Assembly: GCA_012516125.1 (NCBI GenBank)
Contig: JAAYXB010000010.1
Span: forward strand, 15,984 to 79,983
From: Bacillota bacterium
GTDB lineage: Bacteria; Bacillota; SHA-98; UBA4971
Length of the DNA stretch: 64,000 nucleotides
Reading direction: 5' to 3'
Positions 29,081-37,318 of this stretch are shown here, piece by piece. Made by a program: the position numbers and the translations under genes. Numbering within the stretch: the stretch's first letter is position 1; each line of letters begins with the position of its first letter. The notes under the pieces were generated by a model that saw only the letters and a program-made list of their open reading frames with translations, was not told the DNA's origin and did not search any database.

Positions 29081-30016
29081 TCACTCAAGCCCGCGCAGCT
29101 CGACCGCGAGCTTTCTGCGAGCGTAGTGAAACAAATACTGCTGGGCGTAGCCAGCGAGGTCGCCAAACCTCTCTCGGGCGAAGTGCGCTATGGTCGCCGT
29201 GGATACTTTACTACCGCCGAAATAGAAGTACCGCATCACCCTCGTCATCCATACGTCGATAGGGAACGCCTGGTAAGACCCAAGCGAAAACAAGAGGACG
29301 CAGTCGGCGACCTTCTCACCCACGCCCCGAAGGCTCATCAGCTTGTCCTTTGCGGCCTCGTACGCAAGGTTACGGAGGCCTTCCAGGTCGATGTCGCCGG
29401 ACGCCACCCTCTCAGCCGCGGCCTTCACGTACTGCGACCTGAATCCCGCTCCGCACCTCACAAGGTCAAGGACATCTGCCGAAGCGAGCTTGCCAGGCGT
29501 GGGAAAACTGTAATAGGAGGTGTTCCCGAACTCGTCGCCGCTTTGCCGCGCGCCGCCCTCCTGCTCGATGGGATCGCCATACGCCCGTGCTATTCGTTCC
29601 ACCGCGCGCCGGATAAGCGGAATAGCGTTCCTCGCCGAAAGGATGAACGACACCAGGCACTCCCACGGCTCCTGCCTGAGCAGGCGCAGCCCGGTGAACG
29701 ACCTCACCGCGCACTCGAGCACCGGGTCCATGTCGCAAAGCCGTCTCTCAATACTCGCGTGATCCACATCAAGTGAGAAGTATTCGACCGCAAGTCGGAT
29801 GTCCTCGTCGGACGCCGGCCTGGCGAGGACCAGGGAGTCGCCTTCCTGTCTTGCCCGGAGGACCCTCCCGCGCACGACGCCGGTGAACACGTCATCCTCT
29901 GCGTCCCATCTGAAAGCCTGCCCAGACTCCAAAGTCTCCTTGAGGTTAAACGGCGAAATGCCCGAGATGACCACCTCATCCCGACGCATCTCGATCCTCG
30001 GCACTATCAAGCTCAC
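29081..30016 (-). CDS. 8-oxoguanine DNA glycosylase (OGG_N + HhH-GPD)
   Basis: TLESGQAFRW, GLRLLRQEPWECLVSFILS, LRGVGEKVADCVLLF, FPIDVW. Confidence 0.9.
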   Translation of the reverse strand: MSLIVPRIEMRRDEVVISGISPFNLKETLESGQAFRWDAEDDVFTGVVRGRVLRARQEGDSLVLARPASDEDIRLAVEYFSLDVDHASIERRLCDMDPVLECAVRSFTGLRLLRQEPWECLVSFILSARNAIPLIRRAVERIARAYGDPIEQEGGARQSGDEFGNTSYYSFPTPGKLASADVLDLVRCGAGFRSQYVKAAAERVASGDIDLEGLRNLAYEAAKDKLMSLRGVGEKVADCVLLFSLGSYQAFPIDVWMTRVMRYFYFGGSKVSTATIAHFARERFGDLAGYAQQYLFHYARRKLAVELRGLE

Positions 30017-32757
30017 TTCGCCCTTTCTTCGAGCTCTCGCAACAGTCTGCCCAGCTCGGCCAGGGACTCCCCGAACCCCGCGAAGTCCCCCTCACGGAGC
30101 CGCCTGTTGGCGTCCTCATACGCCCGAACGGCCCGGCCTGCAAGGTCGGACACGGTCGCAGCCCTCTCCTCCGGCAACGCTTGCGGCGGCGCCGGGGCAA
30201 CCTGCTCCGGCACCGCAGGCACTCGCCGCCCCTCGGGCGCGACACCGAACACCGCGGCGAGCGCGCCCTCCAGCGTGGTATCCATGGCAACAGCATTGCC
30301 GAAAGCAGCTATCACCCTCTTCAACTCCGAAAGCTCGCTCCGCTCCGCGAGGAGGTAAAGCGGTTCCACGTAGAGGATGGAGTTTTCGACCGGGATGACC
30401 AGAAGGTTCCCTCGCACGACCCTGGACCCACGCTGGCTCCAGAGGGTAAGCGCCTGTGATATAGCGGGGTTCTGGTCGATCCTCGACTCCACCTGCATGG
30501 GTCCATATACAAGCCGATCCTTGGGGAACGTATAAAGCACAAGCTGACCATAGCGCGGAAAGTCGTTTCGCGCGGCAAGCCATGCGATCATGTTGTCTTT
30601 GCCCGATGGCGTGAACGGCAGTATGAGGAGATACTCCGCCCGCTCATCGCCGGGAGCGCGCATAAACACGTAGTAGGGCTGGACGCTCTGGCGTTCCCCT
30701 CCGTATACTTCCACGGGAAAGTCCCAGAAGTCCTCCCGGTTGTAGAACGTGTCCGGGTCTGTCATGTGGTAGGTGTTGAGTACACGAGCCTGAATCGTGA
30801 ACAGGTCCTCGGGGTAACGAACGTGAGCCTTCAGTGCTTCAGGCATTTTATCTAGCGGCACGAACATCCCGGGAAAGACGCCGGACAGGCTCTTTATGAT
30901 CGGCTCGTCGGGGTCGGGGGTGTAAAACGTCACATCGCCGTTATACGCGTCAACAACCACCTTGACCGAGTTGCGGATGTAGTTGATTCCCTCCTCGATG
31001 GGCTGAGAGTAAGGGTAGTGGCCGCTCACAGTGTACGCGTCCCACATCCAGAAAAGCCTGCCATCCGCAAGGACCAGGTACGGATCTCTGTCGTAGAGCA
31101 GGAACGGCGCTATGGTCCTCACCCGGTCGTAGATATTCCGTATATACAGCACGCGGCTGTCCCGGGTCATGTCCGTCGACATGAGGAACTTCAAGCTTCC
31201 GAACCTCGCGGCGAACGCGGCCTTCCTCCAGAATGACGACAGTGGAACACCGCCGCGCCCCTCATAGCTTGTGTACGCGCTGGTTTCTCCCGTCGGGTAG
31301 TCAAATTCGCGGGCGGATGTGCCGACCACTACGTAATTGTCGGTGCGCTCCCCGTAGTAAAGCTCGGGGCGCGTCACCTCGAAGCCCCGGTCGCTTCGGG
31401 GCGGGATGTCCCTTATCATGAACTGTGGAAGCCCCTCAGCGGAAACCTCACTTACGTCGTTCATGGCGAGGCCATAGCCATGGGTATACACAAGGTGTTC
31501 ATTCACCCAGGTCTTCGCCTGCTCGGGCAACTCGGCTACAGATAGCTCGCGTGCGGACAGCGCCACCTGCCGCGTCCTGCCGTCCACGGCATACCTGTCG
31601 ATGTCAATGTCGTTGAAGTCATAGTAGACCCGGATTTCCTGGAGCTGCTTGTAGGTTTGGATGAGGGGTCGCCAGTCCCACAGCCTGATGCTTTCGACAG
31701 TATCCCGGTGAGCTGTCATGAGCCTGTCGAAGGTCAGGTCGTTGCGAACGTCGAAAGGCCGGACCTCGATGTCGCTGAGGCCGAACGCCTCCCTGGTTGC
31801 TTCGATGTTATACCTTATGTAGGGCCGCTCCCGCGATAGCTCGTTAGGCTCCACCGAAAGCTTCTGGACGGCGGCAGGATACACGGTCCCCAGCAGAAAC
31901 GACCCCACGACCAGCGCCCCGATGGCGCCAAGAGTGAGCTTTTCCGCCCGGACGAAGAGGTCGGCGAGCACGAGGACGCCTGCGATGAGCGCTATCACAG
32001 ACAGGATCTTCAGGGCAGGCAACTGGGCATGCACATCGGTGTAGCTCGCTCCGAACACAACGCCGCGAGGAGAGTACACCAGCCCCAGCGCAGCAAGGCG
32101 ATATCCCCACGCCTTCAGCAAGAAGCCGAGGGCGATCAGGCCCGCGACATGGTGCTTGGCGAGTGAGGTTCCGACTACGCGAGTGCGCCTCAGGGCAAGG
32201 GACCTCGTCAGGATGTAGATCGCGGCCACCGAGGCAGCGGTCAGAACTATAAGGGTCATCAGGATCGAGTATGTGAAGCGATAGAACGGCAAGCTGAACA
32301 GGTAGAACCCGACATCCAGGGCGAACAGAGGGTCCTTCGCTCCTCCGGACGCCCGGTGCAGGAACTGTTGGACGACCATCCAGTACGAAGAGCTTCCGAA
32401 GCCCGCGAGCACCGCAAGGACCACGCTGACAAGCAGGAAGACCAGTCTCGCCCTTCCCCCCGTCAACTGCACGGGGACATTGAGCGGCTGGAAGAGCGAA
32501 GCGAACCTTCCGAGACTCCTTCCTGCAAGCCTGAGGTTGGCATAAAAGAAGACGAAGAAGATGACGGCAACGACAACGCCCAACGCCACTCGGGAAGCTA
32601 TCGGTACCCAAAACGCCTGCGGATACCCTACCTCGCGGAACCACAGAATATCTGTGAAAAGGGTTGCGATCCCGCGGAATGACGTGACAAGGCCTACGAT
32701 CACCGCGGCTATGACAAGACCAAGGTAACGCCGGACCACCAGATTCCCCCCGTTCAT
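30013..32757 (-). CDS. UPF0182 family membrane protein
   Basis: DPLFALDVGFYLFSLP, YGASYTDVHA, IRLWDWRPL, HLVYTHGYG, NYIRNSVK; start moved to ATG 32757. Confidence 0.93.
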   Translation of the reverse strand: MNGGNLVVRRYLGLVIAAVIVGLVTSFRGIATLFTDILWFREVGYPQAFWVPIASRVALGVVVAVIFFVFFYANLRLAGRSLGRFASLFQPLNVPVQLTGGRARLVFLLVSVVLAVLAGFGSSSYWMVVQQFLHRASGGAKDPLFALDVGFYLFSLPFYRFTYSILMTLIVLTAASVAAIYILTRSLALRRTRVVGTSLAKHHVAGLIALGFLLKAWGYRLAALGLVYSPRGVVFGASYTDVHAQLPALKILSVIALIAGVLVLADLFVRAEKLTLGAIGALVVGSFLLGTVYPAAVQKLSVEPNELSRERPYIRYNIEATREAFGLSDIEVRPFDVRNDLTFDRLMTAHRDTVESIRLWDWRPLIQTYKQLQEIRVYYDFNDIDIDRYAVDGRTRQVALSARELSVAELPEQAKTWVNEHLVYTHGYGLAMNDVSEVSAEGLPQFMIRDIPPRSDRGFEVTRPELYYGERTDNYVVVGTSAREFDYPTGETSAYTSYEGRGGVPLSSFWRKAAFAARFGSLKFLMSTDMTRDSRVLYIRNIYDRVRTIAPFLLYDRDPYLVLADGRLFWMWDAYTVSGHYPYSQPIEEGINYIRNSVKVVVDAYNGDVTFYTPDPDEPIIKSLSGVFPGMFVPLDKMPEALKAHVRYPEDLFTIQARVLNTYHMTDPDTFYNREDFWDFPVEVYGGERQSVQPYYVFMRAPGDERAEYLLILPFTPSGKDNMIAWLAARNDFPRYGQLVLYTFPKDRLVYGPMQVESRIDQNPAISQALTLWSQRGSRVVRGNLLVIPVENSILYVEPLYLLAERSELSELKRVIAAFGNAVAMDTTLEGALAAVFGVAPEGRRVPAVPEQVAPAPPQALPEERAATVSDLAGRAVRAYEDANRRLREGDFAGFGESLAELGRLLRELEERAK

Positions 32758-32857
32758 GCCCCGGCGCAAGCAGCCCTCTGGGCGAGGCCGCACCCGCATT
32801 CGCGGCAGGTATTGTTCTCTTTCCGAACTTCGGCGGCCCCTGTGCGCCTCTACTGTG

Positions 32858-33097
32858 TTATGCTTCTTCAACGGGGATATGATTCCTGCCGCAGGCGCCT
32901 GCGTCAGCGAACTTTGCGGTCGCCCGTGGCGGTGGTAGAAAGCCCCGGGCCGCGTCGAGAAACCCGATGGCATGCCGCACCATGGCGGCCTTCACCTCGG
33001 GATCGTCAGCCCATTTCGCCTCCCCAGTACATATGTGCCCGAGCGCAAGACACGCGTCTATAAGCCGGGTCTCCATTGCCCAAGGCTCCATCCTCAT
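32858..33097 (-). CDS. Small hypothetical protein (77-79 aa), last gene of the rSAM locus
   Basis: GGGGATGAGG RBS immediately after the MITE; helical sequence, no recognised family. Confidence 0.45.
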   Translation of the reverse strand: MRMEPWAMETRLIDACLALGHICTGEAKWADDPEVKAAMVRHAIGFLDAARGFLPPPRATAKFADAGACGRNHIPVEEA

Positions 33098-33106
33098 CCC
33101 CCCTGA

Positions 33107-33232
33107 CTAAGTGAGGGCGCGTTAGTTCCTGTCCCTTTTCCAGTGGTTGCCGGGTTGGCGGTGTTATACTCTCTCTTTGAGTCACCGTCAACCCCTCCCA
33201 GAAATCGGAGGGATTTCTGCACCCTCACTTAG
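33107..33232 (-). mobile_element. MITE, short form (126 bp)
   Basis: CTAAGTGAGGG...CCCTCACTTAG intact terminal repeats. Confidence 0.85.
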
Positions 33233-33257
33233 CTCATGCAGCTGTCTCCACCGGGCA

Positions 33258-34031
33258 TCATGATCCCGCCGGGCCGGCCACTCGCTCCCAGCGTCCTCCC
33301 ACCCTGCTCCATATGAACCCCGCGTAATTCAGCCACCAGTGGACCAGCCAGCCGGGCCAGAGGGAGCCTGCCATGGCGTTCAGCATGCAGAAGGTAGCAC
33401 CGAGGCCTGACGGCGCCGCGAGGGCGTACCATGGCAAGAGAGTCCTCTTGCCGCGGGTAGCCCGTTTCATAGGGATGAAGTGTATAAGCCCGAACGCAAG
33501 AGATGACGCAGCGACGCCGGCTGTGACTGCGGCCTGTGCCGGAACACCGAAATGCTTTAGTGCTCCGGCCACCCCCAGCAGCGCAAGCCCCCGGAAGAAG
33601 AATTCCTCAATGAACGTCTGGGAGAACGTCATTGCTGCCCCCACTACCGCGGCGCGCACAGGGCCGCTGCCCGCAAGGGCCAGGTATGTGCCGCCGGGAT
33701 TGATCGTCCCGCTGTCCACAAGGCATCTCAGGTCTAACCGAAACAAATATGCCTGCATCGCCCTGTTCATCACAAACGCCGCCGCCCACACAGCGAACAT
33801 GTGCCGCCACGGGCATCTCACGAGCAGTGAGACTGAAAGACCGAGCGCACGCAGCGGGTCCTCCCTGCAGGCGCCCCAGCCAATGATAAGGAGAGCGATC
33901 CCCAGCAAGGGCATACCATCGACGGTTTCGTCTCTGTCAATGCCTTTGCTTCGCTTCCCCGACTCGTCGAGGTCCGAGAATATCCTCGCCACGAAGCTCA
34001 GGGCCAGCATAGAGTAGACGACCCCTGTCAT
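33258..34031 (-). CDS. CPBP (Abi/CAAX) intramembrane glutamic endopeptidase
   Basis: IEEFFFRG, FGLIHF, HWWLN catalytic motifs; hydrophobic. Confidence 0.88.
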   Translation of the reverse strand: MTGVVYSMLALSFVARIFSDLDESGKRSKGIDRDETVDGMPLLGIALLIIGWGACREDPLRALGLSVSLLVRCPWRHMFAVWAAAFVMNRAMQAYLFRLDLRCLVDSGTINPGGTYLALAGSGPVRAAVVGAAMTFSQTFIEEFFFRGLALLGVAGALKHFGVPAQAAVTAGVAASSLAFGLIHFIPMKRATRGKRTLLPWYALAAPSGLGATFCMLNAMAGSLWPGWLVHWWLNYAGFIWSRVGGRWERVAGPAGS

Positions 34032-34037
34032 ATCTCA

Positions 34038-35366
34038 TCACAACCCATCGGCAAGGGCAGCTACAACTGCCCTGACGTTCTCGTCAGCCGATCGGTCCTC
34101 GCGCCAGCCCCATAACACAGCCCTGTAAGCTGCCCTGTAGAACTCACAGTACGGGTCAGCTGAGAACACGCTCCCACCCTGGGTAAGCGCGTGGGCGCGA
34201 CATCCTCCACCACAGAAGTACGCCACCTCGCAGCGAAAGCAGCCGGGTATCCCGGTCACGTCAGGCACCAGGCTCTTTCCTGTGCGACGTATCTTCGAAA
34301 GAGAGTCGCCCGGCAGCCTTCCGAGAAGCATATCGGGACGGTGCATCAGGGGGCACGGGTACACGGCGCCGTCCGGACCAACACTGAGGATATCGTGACC
34401 GGCGCCGCACCCGGATTTTGTGCACAGATCAATCGGCGAGCTGGGACCCGCCTTGCTCGACGACCCGTCCCACCCCTGATAGGTCTCTCTGACAAGCGAG
34501 GCAAGGCACGTGAGAAGGTCCCGCGGTGGGACCGAGAGGTCTGCAGCGTGGCATGCCCCCCGCCCCACTGGCATGAACAGGCTGAAATGATAGCTGACGC
34601 CGAGGTCCCTGGCGAGCCTCACGATGCCGGGCACATGTGCAAAGTTCTTTCGGGTAAGGGTGGGTACGATCTCGATCTCGCTGACGCCAGCAGAAAGCAG
34701 TGTGCGGATGCCGCGAATCGCCGCGTTGAAACTGCCCCGGCCTCGCGCTGCTTCATGTGCGGCAGCGTCATCCGACTCGATGCTCACTTGCACCCTTGCT
34801 CCACACTTCCTTACATGCTCGGCCTCCTTGTCGCCGATCAGGCAGCCGTTCGTCAGGAGCACTACGTCGTCAAACCTGCGAGCCGCGAAAGCCAATATCT
34901 CGGCGATGTCGTCTCGAAGAAACGGCTCCCCACCGCTTATGACGAGACTGCGAGGTCTCCCCGATGCCAGGGCATCGAGGACCGCCAGGGCCCCCTTGGT
35001 CGAAAGAGGGTCAGTGCCCGGTAGGTCTCCAGCTGCGAAATAACACGTCGGGCAGGCAAGGTTGCATCTGTCGGTGACGTTGAAGTGCGCCCGAACCAGC
35101 CTTGCTACCTGCCCAGCCTCGACTATGAGCCCGGTGACAAGAAGATAACGGAAAAGCGCCTCTATCTCTTCGGGGCTCGCCCCCCGCCCGGTGCATTCCC
35201 GGGCCACAAGCTCGCGCACCGTCTGGCCCCCGGGGTTCTCCGCGAGCTGGTATGCCTCGCGGTTAAGCTTGATCCACTCGAGGGTGGTTGGATTTACCAG
35301 CACGTACTGGCCTCCGAACTCAAGTACCTGCACACCAGGACCGATCGTGTAGACCTTCTCATCCAT
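34038..35366 (-). CDS. Radical SAM/SPASM peptide maturase with N-terminal RRE-like domain
   Basis: CNLACPTC, SGGEPFL, CGAGHDILSVGPDGAVYPC, CFRCEVAYFCGGGC..DPYC; N-terminus VLEFGGQYVLVNPTT..W..LN..A plus three helices. Confidence 0.9.
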   Translation of the reverse strand: MDEKVYTIGPGVQVLEFGGQYVLVNPTTLEWIKLNREAYQLAENPGGQTVRELVARECTGRGASPEEIEALFRYLLVTGLIVEAGQVARLVRAHFNVTDRCNLACPTCYFAAGDLPGTDPLSTKGALAVLDALASGRPRSLVISGGEPFLRDDIAEILAFAARRFDDVVLLTNGCLIGDKEAEHVRKCGARVQVSIESDDAAAHEAARGRGSFNAAIRGIRTLLSAGVSEIEIVPTLTRKNFAHVPGIVRLARDLGVSYHFSLFMPVGRGACHAADLSVPPRDLLTCLASLVRETYQGWDGSSSKAGPSSPIDLCTKSGCGAGHDILSVGPDGAVYPCPLMHRPDMLLGRLPGDSLSKIRRTGKSLVPDVTGIPGCFRCEVAYFCGGGCRAHALTQGGSVFSADPYCEFYRAAYRAVLWGWREDRSADENVRAVVAALADGL

Positions 35367-35410
35367 GATCCCGTCAGCCCCCTTGGCAGTGTGGGCGTCC
35401 CCTCACAAAG

Positions 35411-35596
35411 TCCGGCGCAGGAAGCCTCCCAATTTATTGCGAGGAGGAATGCGCTTTATCTCCTTCCTTTGTTGGGTGCGGAAGATTGTTCCTCCGCACC
35501 CCGTGCCCCGTCGTAAGGGGCTTGTGACGTGCTGGGACGGACTCTTCCCAGCATGGTTTCACCGCAAGCCTCGGATTCAAGTCCGGGGTAGTTGAC
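35411..35596 (-). mobile_element. Non-autonomous IS200/IS605 (IscB/HEARO-end type) miniature element, about 186 bp
   Basis: Left end GTCAACTACCCCGGACTTGAATCCGAGGCTTG; right end CGCATTCCTCC...GGAGGCTTCCTGCGC; no ORF. Confidence 0.65.
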
Positions 35597-35679
35597 CGTT
35601 GTCCTCATGAACAGCGGGGGCGGGCGGCGAAGCAGCAACCCGTTGTCCCGTCGCCCGCCCATGCACCCCGCGGCCCGGC

Positions 35680-35781
35680 TTACCCTATCGTGATCCGGTG
35701 GCCCCATAGCCTGAACGTGAAGCAGTATCCGTCGATCGCAAGGTCCACCCTGATCCTCTTGCCGCCAAGCTTTCCGTACAT
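35680..35781 (-). CDS. Candidate RiPP precursor peptide (33 aa, MYGKLGGKRIRVDLAIDGYCFTFRLWGHRITIG)
   Basis: Strong RBS AAGGGAGGTG 6 nt before ATG; directly upstream of RRE-rSAM; followed by GC-rich hairpin. Confidence 0.7.
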   Translation of the reverse strand: MYGKLGGKRIRVDLAIDGYCFTFRLWGHRITIG

Positions 35782-35941
35782 CCGGTGCACCTCCCTTCCC
35801 CGCCCTCGTAGCGGGTGAGCTGGATATGCTTGCCTGGGCCGGCTCAGGTCGCCTCTGGCGATCCCAGTCTACCAGCCCCACGGACACTGCACCATTCCCC
35901 GAACGGGCGACTTATGATGGCTCCAACGGGTGAACCGACGC

Positions 35942-36427
35942 TTAACGGACGCCCCGGCTGTATACGTATCTGACCGCCTGAGACCGGTTCCTCACCCTGA
36001 GCTTCCTAAAGATGCTCGCCACATGCGTTTTCACAGTGTTCACACTGATGTATAGCTCCTGTGCAATGTCCTTGTTCCGCAAACCCTTTGCAAGCAGCCT
36101 CAACACGTCGAGCTCCGTCCTCGTAAGATATACCGCCGCGTCGCGCTCCGGAGGGCCAGCCTGCCCCGGGGATGCCGCGCCGCCACCCCCGGACCTTGCG
36201 GCCGTTGGAGCCGGTCCGGAAGCAGCCACCGTCTCGCGCAGCACCGAACGTCCGCTGAAGTCCCCGCCCGAGGCATCCGCGCCCGGCATCGCGGCTATAG
36301 CCGCTGAACACGGGGCAATCCTTAGGGTACCGACAACCTCCACGTCGCCCAGGGAAAAGGCAGATCCCACGTCAAAAAAGTTGTCAACCGTGCCGTCGTC
36401 AAGCACCAGCACTCTCAACCTGCCCAT
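35942..36427 (-). CDS. LuxR C-terminal HTH regulator with degenerate N-terminal domain
   Basis: LTRTELDVLRLLAKGLRNKDIAQELYISVNTVKTHVASIFRKL. Confidence 0.88.
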   Translation of the reverse strand: MGRLRVLVLDDGTVDNFFDVGSAFSLGDVEVVGTLRIAPCSAAIAAMPGADASGGDFSGRSVLRETVAASGPAPTAARSGGGGAASPGQAGPPERDAAVYLTRTELDVLRLLAKGLRNKDIAQELYISVNTVKTHVASIFRKLRVRNRSQAVRYVYSRGVR

Positions 36428-36709
36428 GGTCATCCCCCCAACGGAGTTATGCCAGAGGAGACAGGCAAGGCAACCCACTACAGCCTGCGCTGGCCGACCT
36501 ACCCAAGCTCCCCCACTCGACCAGCGCAAATCACATCATCGGTGCCACCCAGGCCCATATCTGGGAGGTGATGCCATGCAAGAATCATGGTAACACCAAT
36601 TACTGGTAATGTCAAGGGACATAGAGATCGACGCAGACTACGTATGGCTACAACTTCGCACCGGCGCGCCGGCGGCTTCCAGAGCCCCGGCACCCGTATG
36701 TCCGGACAT

Positions 36710-36941
36710 CAAAAAGGGCCACTTGCCTGCGGACCAAGTCTTGTTGAGGTCCCCCGGCTCGGGGCATAACTGTACCCTATCGCCAAAGCCACCCCAAGGT
36801 GAGGAGCCAGGGCGGAGCGCTCCTGGGAACACAAACCCGCGACACGAAACCCGTCGGGATAGGGCGCTTTCCCTTTTGAGTGGGAACCCAGGGTGCGACG
36901 CTGTGGCACTGGCACCCCAGGAGAAGCAGGAGCGAGTTCTG
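36710..36941 (-). ncRNA. Structured RNA candidate (6S-like, or leader of the LuxR gene)
   Basis: Preceded by TTGACA-N16-AATAGT (36948-36975); many internal complementarities; ends in hairpin plus TTTTT; no credible ORF. Confidence 0.4.
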
Positions 36942-37318
36942 AACGCGACTATTGATGTGTCCCGCATTATGTCAACGCAGCTCGGTCGAATCTCGCAAAA
37001 CCGTCGCCGTGTTCGGCCGACTGGCAGTTGCTGAGAGGCTCAACAGTCTCCTGAACTCGCGCTTAACGGAGAAGGATCGGCGCTTCAGAGCCGCCAAGTA
37101 TCGTCTCCGGTGGGCACAAGAGCTGACGCCTCTCTGTTCATCGTGACTCACCCGGATGCGGCCATGCGATAAATCCAGGGCCGATGTACGTTTGCAGCGA
37201 CGCTTCCAAACGCCCAAAGACATACTGCCAGCTCATCCCCGCCTTTCGTTTGGACTGGAAGGAAAGACCCCGGGCAGGAGCGAACTCTTGCAGAGGAGAA
37301 ACCGAAGGGTGATGAGAG

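Noticed and set aside
35456-35887. 143-aa ORF upstream of the rSAM as the precursor
   Set aside because: No RBS, runs through the IS-derived element, and overlaps the 33-aa ORF that has a strong RBS.
36710-36941. c-di-AMP, c-di-GMP, cobalamin, SAM or glmS riboswitch
   Set aside because: Only scattered short matches (TTGGGGTG, TAGGG, AGCGCC); the conserved elements are not in the right order.
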